Assembly: GCA_051942245.1 (NCBI GenBank)
Contig: JAVECL010000074.1
Location: 1-61,977, forward strand
DNA length: 61,977 nucleotides
Direction: 5' to 3'
DNA from: Trypethelium eluteriae
Taxonomy: Eukaryota
This document shows, in pieces, positions 51,132 to 61,977 of the stretch. The notes under the pieces were generated by a model, which ran no database searches, was not told where the DNA came from, and saw only the letters and a list, made by a program, of their open reading frames with translations. Position numbers and translations under genes: made by a program. Each line of letters opens with the position of its first letter. Position 1 is the stretch's first letter.

Positions 51132-51963
51132 GGTGATGCTCGGTAAAATCACTGCAGCAATGAAGGAGTCCTGTTACATGACCTGCATGCCACAAAGGCA
51201 AGAGCAACTAAGGCTTATAGCAAATACACAGACCCTCGTCATAAATCCTTTATAAGCTTGCCGTCAAATACTTAAAGGCAAGTATCACCGCGTTTAAAAG
51301 GCCACAACCTGGGCTCCTTTAAGTTTGATTAGGATAAAGAGGGTCCTGAATTTAGGCACCATTGAAGTAAAATTACGTTAGCTTAAGCTGCGCTTATCCT
51401 AACTCATAGTAGCTCAGGGTGTGCTCAAACTCGCTCAGTATGGCTCAGTGTGGCTCAGTAATGACTTAGGTTGCTGACTTGGCGCTCTCGTTTCGCCCCT
51501 CCATAACTCACGCCCAAAAGCAGAAATGGATTTTATATGAGGTTACTTTGTTCGTGAATATTCTCCACTATATCAGGCACATCCCGACGACTTAGCAATA
51601 CCATTATACGAGTTCTTTTATTGTATTTCAACTACAACATTGGATTGTGGGTAATTATGTTAGTATAGTGAAGTAGAGTGGTGAGTAGTATTTTAGCGAT
51701 CACCAAACTAATGTCCATATGAATGCATCTGTCTGCTCGCTGTGTACACCCTGACCCATACATGATAGCTTAAAGAACTAGCTCGCAATTGCGATTAGCA
51801 CGAAGGAAACACAGGCAGGAGCATGTATGTTGTATAGCCTGTACATGATCTTGCTCAATACAGACACTGTCTATAATAAAATCAGTCAATACCGACGACA
51901 ATATGGAAGCGATTAAGTTTGTTTGAGATATGTACGTTATACTGCATTTCAAGATATCGAATC

Positions 51964-52084
51964 GCAATAGTGGTTTAGTGGTAAAATGTAAGTTGAGTCA
52001 AAGTCAGTAAAAGAATTAAATGAATTGACCAACATAGTCGTCGTTGCCATCGACGAGCCCCGTGTTCGATTCACGGCTGTTGCA
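51964..52084 (+). tRNA. tRNA-Gly (anticodon GCC) split by one GT-AG intron
   Basis: Exons 51964-51987 and 52038-52084 join to GCAATAGTGGTTTAGTGGTAAAAT|TCGTCGTTGCCATCGACGAGCCCCGTGTTCGATTCACGGCTGTTGCA (71 nt). Stems: acceptor GCAATAG/CTGTTGC, anticodon CGTCG/CGACG with loop TT-GCC-AT, T arm CCGTG-TTCGATT-CACGG. Confidence 0.94.
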
Positions 52085-52085
52085 C

Positions 52086-52094
52086 TTTTTTTTT
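52086..52094 (+). terminator. Pol III-type oligo-T terminator of tRNA-Gly
   Basis: T9 run starting 2 nt after the discriminator A. Confidence 0.8.
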
Positions 52095-52677
52095 CCTCTC
52101 TAAAAACACAGAATTTTTTTCCATTTCTTTCACACACTGGAGCTACTCAAATCATTAAATAGGTGAAAGAACAGATCAGGAAAGATCAGATAAGACGATC
52201 AGTACATACTCTTACTCCATGTGTGCAGAGTTGGACCCAAATAGGATTTGTTTTTTTTAAAAGGATAAATCTGATAGCTCATTCACCCGAACATTTTCCA
52301 CCACAAGTTACAACCATCTCTCTACAAGAAGTTGTACGAAAATTGTGCACCAAATTTGGTGCTGTAATAGTCAAAGTACCTTAGGTGCTCGGGCCGATTC
52401 CCACCACTTTGAGACCCGCTGTATCGCATCATCATTTTAAATTTGAGCTAAATATGCCGCATGCTTACAAAAGTTTATGCGCCACCTGGGCTACTCTAAT
52501 TGGCGCGAAATTTTTGAAAACCTGTTCGGGGGGCAGAGATGCTTTTGTGCTCGACGGTAGTATGATATATATACGCCTCCTTTTAACTCATGCTTTCGCG
52601 GCTTACTCCCTCCTCTAATCTAATTCCGCAGCCTAGAAACTTGACCTTAACCCGATTTTTATTTTGTAATTTATAAG

Positions 52678-54730
52678 ATGAACCAAAAACATGTCACGGA
52701 GTTCACGAGTATTCCTGCTAAAACGCAGAATGGCAACCACGTTGAGGAGCTCGAAAGGGCCCATGCATCGCGTGTCAGTGACAGCCAGACCTTAGCAAGG
52801 CTAGGCAAGAAGCAAGTGCTTAAGGTATGCCAAGACTTTAAAAGTTCACACATTGAATGTCTAAGATGTCTCTACGAATAGCGCAATTTTGGGTTCTTGG
52901 CAATTCTAGCTCTCAGTTGCACTGTACTGGTCACGTGGGAAGCTGTACTAGAGTAAGCCCGATTCGTGGGCATACGGTGCAATTTAACGAGATCCGTAGG
53001 CTTTTTACGACCGGACTCGAGAAGTAAGTTGAGCTCCTCCGAGTTTCACTCTGGGACTCTCTCACTATTATGCAGTGGCGGACCAGCCGGGCTGTTCTGG
53101 AGCTACATAGTGGCTTGGTTTGGAACGTTATCTGTCTTCATAACCATTTGTGAGCTTGCGTCCATGTTCGTCGACACTCTACATGCTGGAGTGGAGCATA
53201 CACTCATCCAGTCCAGGGCTCCAATTGCGTCTAGACAATACTACTAGGTGTGGATGCTGGCACCACCTTCATGTCGCAAAATTCTAAGCTATCTTACGGG
53301 TAAGGGAGAAACGTTTCCTGGAGAATCTTGCTGAATCCCGTAGGTTGGATGACCGCCTTTGCTTGGCAGACAACGATCACGAGCGCTGGATTTCTGGCAG
53401 GCGGAATTATCAAAGGTCTCCTGATCCTGAATCATCCAGATCAGACCTTCCATCAATGGCAGGCTACCTTGATCGGATACGGAGTCATTGTTGTTGCTGT
53501 TTTCATTAACACTGTCGTGAGCAGCTATCTTCCGAGCGTTGAAAGCTGTACCTTGGTGATCCATATCCTTGGTTTCTTCGCCATTCTGATTGTCGTCGCG
53601 CACATGGGTCCGCATTCTTCGGCGAAAGATGTCTTTATCAACTGGTCCAATGGAGGAAACTGGCCGTCTCAGGGTACATCGTTTATGGTGGGCCTTACTG
53701 GGAACGTTTTCGCTTTTGCTGGTAAGTAAAGCCACTTCAGAATAATGATCCTCCATATCACTGACGTGCCAAAAGGTGCCGATGCTGCAGTTCACGTGGG
53801 TCAAAATATCGCCTCAAGCGCGCAGACTAATCGAAGTGGTAGATGGCCGAAGAGGTCTCGAACGCTGCCATCGTCATTCCGAGGACAATCGTTGGAGGCA
53901 TACTACTCAATGGCGCAATGGGGTTCGGAGTAATGGTTGTCATGATATTCAGCTTTGGCGACCTGGATGCTATCACGAATACCCCAACTGGCTATCCCTT
54001 CATCGAAGTGATCTACCAAGCGACCAATTCGACCGCCGCAACCACCGTCCTTAGCTCTCTTATTGTCTTGACCCTCTTCTTCGGTTGTGTGGGTCTCGTA
54101 GCAACATCTTCAAGGATGGTGTGGTCCTTTGCTAGGGATAAGGCTCTACCATTTTCGAATTTTCTTGGACGAGTAAACAAACCCTACTCAACCTGTAGAA
54201 TCGAATCTAATGGGGTATAGGTCGACCCTCAACGCCAAGTCCCAATCAACACAGTCCTCGTGACAACGGTAATAGGCGCACTGATTCTGCTCATAAACTT
54301 CGGCTCGACCCTAGCATTGAACATCATCCTATCTATTACAATCTTCGGTTTCTACTTTACATACTTCCTGAGCTGTGCTCTACTTTTGTGGCGTCGTTGT
54401 CAGAAGGGTGTCATTGTGACGAAACAAGCACTAGAGTCGGAAGAGCAGACTAGCTACATTGCCAGAGAGGAGCGACTGATATGGGGCCCGTGGCGTGTGT
54501 CAGGTATGCTCGGAATTTGCAACAATCTGCTTGCTTGTGCCTACTGCGTGGTCATTGTCTTCTTTAGTTTCTGGCCGGCTACTGTAAAACCGGACCTGGC
54601 GGACATGAATTGGAGTTGCGTTATCGTAGTAGCGGTACTTATATTCAGTGCTGTGTACTATTCTATTTGGGGAAGATTCCATTATCGAGGTCCGATCCTG
54701 GAGACTAGTGTACACACCGCTCTATCCTAG
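52678..54730 (+). CDS. APC-family amino acid/choline/GABA permease with one in-frame TAG (possible pseudogene)
   Basis: LARLGKKQVLK-RNFGFL, NGGPAGLFWSY, CELASMAP...QYY*V..LAP, GADAAVHMAEEV, TSSRMVWSFARDKALPFS, MNWSCV. Multi-intron; TAG at 53245-53247. Confidence 0.88.
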
Positions 54731-55213
54731 ACAAGCCCTACAGGCACAAGCAGCTTGATAGATAACAATCATTTTTCAGCCGTAGCGTACCGCAACTAGC
54801 CAGTTCCAGTGCAGGGAGCCTTAGGAAAGCTCAGAAACGCCATATTATTCGGTGGTAATGCAGTGATCCAGGGAACAAGACGCAGCATTATACTGCCAGC
54901 TGTCGAGAGGTCTGATGAACAGAACAATGTCTCTGCGTGTCTCTCCTCACCTATTCCTCAACACTCTGGTGATTGACAGTATACTTTATAGTCGTTCCGC
55001 CCGATGCCTTTACCCTCTAATGATCTCATTGTTATTGAATGAGACATTTTTCTCTACAAATGACATGTTCTTTAAGTCGGCATGCGAGAAGCAATACAAA
55101 TAGCATGTTTAATTAAATCTGTACAGGTTAATCTGAAGATAAGGGCTATGAATGATTCTCATTGAGTGGGGAAGTTGCTCTATGAAGTAGTATTATTGGT
55201 TGTGCTGAATTAA

Positions 55214-55909
55214 TCAGACATTTCTCAAAGAGTTGATAAACGATTCAGGTGCTTTAGCACCTAACACAGGCGCGAACCCCGGGTCTCCCTTCTCCATCGC
55301 AGCTCGGTATGCTGGCCGCTCTCCAACTCGCTGTAGCCATCCCAAAATCCCATCATAACCTGTGAGGTCCAACGAAAAGAACAGGCGCATGGTGGTCAGA
55401 GAGAAGACGGTCATGATGTCTGCTGCTGTGAACTCTTCACCAGCCAACCAAGGCACCTCTCTAAGTCGATCATTATACACGTCCAAGATTAGATTTAGGC
55501 GTCCGTCCGCTTGCTTCTGTACAGCACTGTCCGGGCCAAGTCTTAACTGGCTTGATTGCATGCTTCTCATAATAACCGGCTGTAAATTGCTGTTTGACAA
55601 GTGGAACCAGTATAGGTATTCAGCATAGTCTTTATGAGAAGGTGCATATGTAAGTCGTCCGTTGCCGTGTTTATATATGACGTACTCGGCCACTGCACCA
55701 CTCTCTGAGAGTGTTAGTGGCTTCGACGCATTGAAAGTGGTGTCCGTGATAACGGGTGCAGAGCCGAGTCGGGTCAAAGCTTTGAGGTCTGGCGGTGAGA
55801 AGATGGGATCGCGCTTGTAGAGTTTGAGTTCGTACGGTATGCCAAGTTCCTCGCATAGCCAGACAATACGCTCGCTTTGGCCGCGCTGGAGATGGTGCAC
55901 TGTGAGCAT
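55214..55909 (-). CDS. Glutathione S-transferase (Gtt1-like)
   Basis: MLTVHHLQRGQSERIVWLCEELG, LGSAPVI, ESGAVAEY, WLAGEEFTAADIM, RPAYRAAM. Confidence 0.93.
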   Translation of the reverse strand: MLTVHHLQRGQSERIVWLCEELGIPYELKLYKRDPIFSPPDLKALTRLGSAPVITDTTFNASKPLTLSESGAVAEYVIYKHGNGRLTYAPSHKDYAEYLYWFHLSNSNLQPVIMRSMQSSQLRLGPDSAVQKQADGRLNLILDVYNDRLREVPWLAGEEFTAADIMTVFSLTTMRLFFSLDLTGYDGILGWLQRVGERPAYRAAMEKGDPGFAPVLGAKAPESFINSLRNV

Positions 55910-56796
55910 GTTGGAAGGCTGTGATCAAGACTCGCTGGCTATAGAGATCCGAAGATGCGATACCTCATATTTATAGTCCGTAATGATTCATATGGTTCCG
56001 GTGAGACCAGAAGAGCCCCGGACTCTACCCATTGGGCGGTGGAAGATCATCGCTAGCAGGCGCGCGAGGCTAACGGTCGGAGGAGCGGGATCCTCCGATT
56101 AGGTAATTAGAGTAATTCTTGTTCGGCGACTTCTTCATTGACAGCTCTCAAGTTGAACATAAGCAGCCGACATCAACATCATACAGTCATTCGTCTATTG
56201 ACTATCGCAAATATCATTGCCTAAAAGGATCCCTTGAAGGAAAAACAATAAAAGAACGGAAAAGAACGGAAAACGTCGTTGGCGAGGCGGCGTGGGTTAC
56301 TAATACTAATTTCGGGTAGTTTGTGTTTAGTCGGAGAGATTTTCAGCTACGTCAACATCCTAAACCCTGTAGTCTCACAGGGATCGCTGACTTTTCACGC
56401 TCACGGCAATAATACGACCTTTTCTCCGATGAGAGCGGACCATCGCCTCTACGTTGCCTGTGAGTCATAGTTGCTCCAGCAATGCTATATGCTGGGGAAT
56501 CCGGTGCCCGTTTTGGCCCCAATCGTCGCTGCTTTAGCCCCCACTGTTCGCCACAGCCAGGATGGGAGCAAAGGCGCCTAAGTTTAGCATATGTCATGGC
56601 ATGTAGCTACTGGTGATTCCTATCTAGCGCTAATTTATACTAAGTTAGCGATCAAATCATCAGTATCTCTGAGGTTGCAACCACTTCATGAAATTTGTTG
56701 ACACTCACTGTGTCCGACGACGTGCTCAGTTATCAATACAAGAAATTACGGAATTCCGCTATCCTATCCTCCCGCAGTAAGTCGTCAAGAGTGCTG

Positions 56797-58281
56797 TCAA
56801 AATTGTTCGGCATTTTGCTCTACACGCACTGATCGCCAAATCTTTCGCCGATTATCCGACTCTCTGTCATCCTCAAACACTGTTTGCGGTTCTTGCTGCG
56901 CGCTCACTTGCGAAGTGTTGAGCGGGAAGAGACGGTTCTTTCCGGGCGCAATGGGACCAAGCTCAGGGTAGGTCAGGACGTCCTGAAGCTCCATATAATC
57001 GTTTGACTTGTCAGCTCTATCCTTAACATGCCTGTGAGGCCACGATGATGATGACTTCTTGTCTGAGTTTCCGCGATTGTGCGATTGTCCGGTTGTTTGG
57101 CTGCTTTGGTAATTGGATGAGATGAACCTCAAGACCTTTGGTCCATAGTGCTTGAACAACCGGGGAAGACATATGAGATTGCCGGCAACGATCCCTGCAG
57201 CTATTTCGCCAGTGCTTAGGGATGGTCAGCGCATGTTCTACATCGGAGAAAGGCGTACCAACGTGGCAATTCCGAGCTGTGATTCAGTGAAGGTCAGATC
57301 TTGACTGTGCTTGTATACAAAACTGAAGATAAGTCGAATGATGCTTGACACCAGGGCTCTATATGTTGCGTCAGTCTATTCGATGAATGCAGCGGAGGGA
57401 ATATAATTGCCTACAGGACGCCAACAAAAAAGATTCCTGATACTCCCCATTTCCGGCTCGTCGACATCTGCAACGTCCATATACAGAAAATAGGGAATAT
57501 CAGCATGATTGCATCCGACGCAATATTGTAGACTCCTGTGACAATAATCCAGTCCTTGAATTTGACACACGAACCCGGGATTGTCGAATTCCAGGCCTTT
57601 GCTCGCGGACTGCACTGAAACAATGTGATGAAGAATGCAGCAACTTGGAAGGAGGTGTTGACAAAAATCAGGACCTGCAAGAACCAGAATTTGATGCTTC
57701 TACCCGGAGCGAAGATGTTGACATATTGCAAGCAAATCGAAAGCTTGGCAATTGCAAGGACGACATTGTAAGTAGCTTCGTAGACATAAGCGCTCTATCT
57801 GGTGAGCCTGATACCTAAGTTCTTGATACTGGACTCACCTTTGCGAAAGGTATCAAGTGTGTAATTGGTATATCCCACTGATGCACTCCCTCGCCATACG
57901 GACGGTTGGCTATTTTAATCGCAGCACATGCAGCGAAACCTATCTACAAGGAATCAGTACTCCACTATCGAGTTGACCTAGTCAACGTGAGCGATACACA
58001 AGCAAGTGTCATTGTATCTGTAGCTAGGTTAAAGATCGTTCTCAGAGCGCTTCTGTTAAAACGGATGATGACTAACAGTCTGGCCATCCTACACTCTTCA
58101 CGATCCAAATTCTAGTGTACATCCGAAGTAGGGTCGTGATGGTTGTCAGCATCAGGTAGAAGATGCAGACGCCAAAAAAGGCTCCAGACTCCGAGGAAGG
58201 GTGCGCAAAGTTAGGAGGCGCGCCAGAGGGATTTAGTAAGCCAGGAATCTCATTTGGATTCACACCTGGTGGTATAGACAT
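56797..58281 (-). CDS. PTH11-like / SAT4-family integral membrane protein (fungal rhodopsin domain)
   Basis: PSGAPPNFAHP, LLRMYTRIWIVKSVGWPD(Y), GEGVHQWDI, AKLSICLQY, FQCSPRAKAW..PGSC, YNIASDAIMLIFPI..IWTLQM..RKWGV, EIAAGIVAGNLICLP. Several GT-AG introns, including a 20-nt microexon. Confidence 0.88.
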
Positions 58282-60508
58282 GGCGCCGAATTTCCCAAAT
58301 TCACTAGATCGCAAGGCTGAAAGACATGTGGAGAACTTAGGCGGATAAGTAGGTCAGTAGACTAGAGAGGAAACAACAGCACCAACATTGCTAAGATCGA
58401 AAAGTACTAAAAGCACTTCTTATATCTTAGTAAGGGCTCGGACGAATGGACTGATGTTCCTGGAGCTGAACAATTCACCCACAAGCAATTGCCCGGCGTC
58501 CATAGTGAACCCAAAAGGCTGAGACATTGCTGTTGGCAATCCGGCTGCAGTGCGAGACTAGTTTTCGGATAGTCGACCCAGAGTAGGCGCTAGTGCTGCA
58601 AGAGGCACTTCATGTCCAGATGCGGCTGCATATACATGCAGAAAGAATGTTGGCATCGCATATGGCTGCTGTGATAGACTTGTTATTGGCGCCAAGAATT
58701 GAAATGCAGAAACGCCGATGAGCAAGGCTGATAGTCGGCGGGGAAAAGCAAAGAACATGACATGGCGGGCGCACTATGTATGGTATTGCATACGTAATCC
58801 GAATTCTATCAATCCAATACTTTTTTCAAGTTAGGCAGCTTGGATGGGTAAATCCAGTATGTCACACAGACTTAAATCAATATGATTCAAGATTGATTAC
58901 GGAAGGTAGGTTGTAGGTTTTAGTTATCAATAATTGCGGGCCGGAGCCAATAGATCGTACATCACACGGATAGATCTATTCCATAGAGAGATCTTATGGG
59001 TATATCAAAGAGATCACAATGAAAACGCAAGGGGATTGCCCGTAGAAACACCGCAAATTGGTCAGAGAATGCCTCGGTTCAGAGTGATGTTAAACACTAT
59101 ATTGCGAAAGCTGTATACTAAGTGTTAGGCTGTTCAACGGAAATTAGTGTCCCCACCTGGTTAGCTGTGATTCCAGGGCATCGAGGCTGTAAGCTGGATC
59201 CTAGCCTCGAATTCACGAGTTGATGCATTCAAATATACTACTTGGGGCAACTCTCTCGTCCCACTCCTTTTATCCAGATCTACATTCCTGAGCCGTAAGT
59301 CAAAGACCATCTTCCTTGCCGAGAAGACTATATCGACCCTAATATTCAGAGCCCGTATCTCCCTAGCACTGATGGAGGGGCATACGGCGGGCTTGGAATT
59401 GGGATCTTTCCTTTCAGATAGATTATGACCACGGATAGGAACTGTGGAATGATATTAGAAAAAGCACTATCGAGCTTAGAAATAGATTTAAACATATTAG
59501 CGACATGTTTCAGACATACTGTGTATGAAATCCTAGAGATAATAAGAGAATCATTCAGAGACCTGAGAGAGACTGAGAGATAGATGCTAGACTGATCATT
59601 TCTCCCATATCCATCATAACAAAGGTTGCACTGTGTCACTTCTGAGGCACTGGATGATAGATATTATCATCCGCTACATTGGCTCTAGCCCAATTCATTA
59701 TCAGAATTGTAATCTATCCAGCTTCGCTGGGTCAAGATGTGAGTGAAGTGCAAAAGCAGTCCCGACTCCCTAGTGATATTCAAGAGGCTAAAAATGTGGT
59801 AATACATCAATCTCCTATTTTCGATGCCAATGATGGCTCTTCCGAAGTCTCACCAAGCAGGAACCAAATAGAAAATTCATCCAACCTGCTTCTACACCAT
59901 CCTTCTCTTTTCAATGTTCACTGTATTCTTGAATAGTGCATTTTAGACCTGATTAGAAGTCCCAATGAATTCAAATTGAAGGACTTACTCCCTCATCCTC
60001 TGAATTTCCTCTGCTGTATGAGAGGGCACTTGATAATGCAAATAGTAGACATGAGATACTGGAACTTACATAGCAGTACTACTCTGTCCTCCCAGGGAAA
60101 TTGTATGTTCATTCCACGAGTAGCTTGCAAACCTATATTTATTAATGGGAGGGCTATTACGCAACTGTAGTCAACTGCCTTATCGAGAAGGGGAACTATG
60201 CATATTAGCACCGATAAGTTTCACAACAACCGCAACAGTTTCCTGCACGTGGGGCTTTGGCCTTGGTAGGTGAGTTACTGTGCCTCCTGGATGCAGATAA
60301 GTCGCCCCCTGATTTCACTGTATGGCCGCAATCCCCCAAACATAAAGTTGATTGCTAGGCTGCAGGCCGCAGGAATCGCCCATGACATAATTTCATTAGG
60401 TGTGCGTATCTCAATCAAAGCACCTTTACGGAGGTACTCCAAACATAACATAGAAAAGTTCAAAACCACTATATCGTAATCCACATGACCTTGGTTCGTA
60501 CAGACCTA

Positions 60509-61670
60509 CTAATTCTTCCTCTTTTCATTCTCCAGAAGCGTCGTCAATTTGTCCAATCGATTTTCATACTTCTCCATGCGCTCTTCATATTTTTCTATTT
60601 TCTGTTGCAAATGTGTATTTTCTTGTTCTACTTGTCTGCGTTTGCTTTGCTCTTCATCTACCATTTTCATAAGCTCTTCGGTACTTAGTTGACTTGATCG
60701 TACCTCACTGTCATGCTTGCGCTTTTTTGATTGTAAGAACATTTGTGGGTCCTCAGTTGAACTTGGTAAATTGGAAGAGTTCAATACAGTATTCGACTTT
60801 GCACGTATTCTTGGCACTAAGCTCTGTTTATGCCGCCCTCGAAGATGTTGATCCAAATGGTCTTTTCGAAAAAAGCCTATTCTCGAGCGAGAACGGTTGC
60901 AGTCGGTATAATCGCAGAAATGTTTCTCAGACTTGCCATGCTTGGAATTTTTCATTTGTTTTGGCTGTTGGCTATCTGGTTCAACAGAAATAGTCTGATT
61001 GCAAGAATCAGCTGTTTCCAGTTGTGTAGACTCGAACGATGTCAAGTCTTGATCAGTGATCACCTCGAAGCCAGATGCTTCTTCTCCAGGTAGGGATCCT
61101 GCTGGGTTGTTAGAAGGCTGCGTAGGTCGTCCCAGCTTGTTATGAGCCTATACCCCTGGTACAAGCGCAGCTTGTAGCAGGTACGTAGAATGGTCTCAGA
61201 GAGTTTTCACGCAGGAGCGGAGTGTCAAGGATCCGGTGATGTAAGAAGGTCACTAAGTTTGAACAGTTTGACAGTGAATAAGGACTTGTTCAATTGACTC
61301 GTAACTAACTGTAAGATACAGTGTTTGTAATAAGACGCGAGGGAACTAGTTAAGCTGGTTCCTTCTTACATATATATACTTGTGGATTTCCTCTGATCAG
61401 TAGCTGTCAGTCCTTGATCAGATTCCTTCTGATCTGTGGTTGATCACTACTGATCAGTATGATAAACCTTGATCTGTGGGTGATCACCACTGATCGCTCC
61501 CTTCTGATCTGTAGCTAATCACTACTGATCAGTCACGTGACTTGTGCTTATTACGACTCGTTCGTGGAACGCTTGCATTAAGTACAAAGGAGATGGCGCT
61601 CAGTCCTGACGCGGCTGGGTCGTAACACAGCTCATCCGAGAAAGCCTTAGAAGTTTCAGACTGGGCAACG
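60509..61670 (-). pseudogene. C2H2 zinc-finger/coiled-coil gene fragment disrupted by insertions
   Basis: HFCDYTDC...GFFRKDHLDQHLRGRH finger. Removing the LTR plus one TSD copy restores the frame VAQSETSKAFSDELGRPTQPS... Confidence 0.7.
61138..61627. mobile_element. Solo LTR (490 bp) with 5-bp target-site duplication
   Basis: Starts TGTTATGA, ends TCGTAACA (7/8 inverted match). CAGCT lies at both 61133-61137 and 61628-61632. Internal TGATCAG/GATCTGT repeats. Confidence 0.88.
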
Positions 61671-61977
61671 ATAGGCGCGATACGTATCGTACGATAAGCC
61701 CTATCGTACGATAAATTACCGCGATATCGCCGATATCGTCAGCGCCGACACAATTATCGTAATAAAATAAAATTCCTCCCCTGAATAAGCTATTGTATGA
61801 AATAATTTACTCTAAATTATATTATTGATTTTTTAAAATATTTGATCTCTTTTAATCCTTTAAAAGTTCTTGAAGTTTAACAGTATCTGGATTAAGCTGT
61901 GCTTTATCCTAAGAAATTGTATAATATGCACCAAAAAATACCTATTCTAATTTATTACTTATTGCAGGAATTAAGAG
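61671..61977. mobile_element. Probable terminus of a second, RIP-degraded transposon running off the window
   Basis: Repeated palindromic motifs (TATCGTACGATA x2, CGATATCG x2), then very AT/TpA-rich sequence. It begins where the upstream C2H2 frame ends. Confidence 0.5.

Noticed and set aside
51430..51470. GCTCAGT 10-bp periodic repeats (and the TGATCAG repeats at 61390-61535) as a CRISPR-like array
   Set aside because: Short degenerate tandem repeats without unique spacers, in a eukaryotic context.
44474..52084. Reading the tRNA insertions as canonical 37/38 or bulge-helix-bulge introns
   Set aside because: Both anticodon loops are uninterrupted and I see no BHB at the junctions. All three inserts have GT donors, branch-like motifs and YAG ends. 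TSEN involvement still needs an experiment to exclude.
59150..60480. Possible degraded gene between the PTH11-like and C2H2 genes
   Set aside because: Only short ORFs with no recognisable motif.
22600..61977. Starship-type giant transposon, suggested by the NLR, HET and cluster cargo
   Set aside because: No DUF3435 tyrosine recombinase or element boundary is visible in this window.

Overview
This is filamentous-ascomycete nuclear DNA, with short GT-AG introns carrying CTRAY-type branch sites. The first ~21 kb is core-like: COPI beta' (SEC27), a hypothetical gene, an SDR, an Ndt80/PhoG-family factor with long introns, and a DUF3176-type membrane protein. The rest is accessory and partly decaying. 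It holds a tautomerase, an NB-ARC relic, a trypsin-like protease, GH131, a remnant orsellinic-acid cluster (orsD-like, orsE-like, pseudogenised orsA-like NR-PKS), a HET gene, a NACHT pseudogene, an APC permease with one premature TAG, a GST, a PTH11-like receptor and a solo LTR inside a C2H2 gene. The standout is two tRNA genes interrupted by introns with mRNA (spliceosomal) signals at non-canonical positions. tRNA-Ile(AAT) (44474-44641, minus) has two 47-nt GT..branch..YAG introns, and tRNA-Gly(GCC) (51964-52084, plus) has one of 50 nt. Exact GT-AG excision rebuilds complete 74- and 71-nt cloverleaves, each followed by an oligo-T terminator. All calls come from reading the sequence and recalled family motifs; no searches were run.
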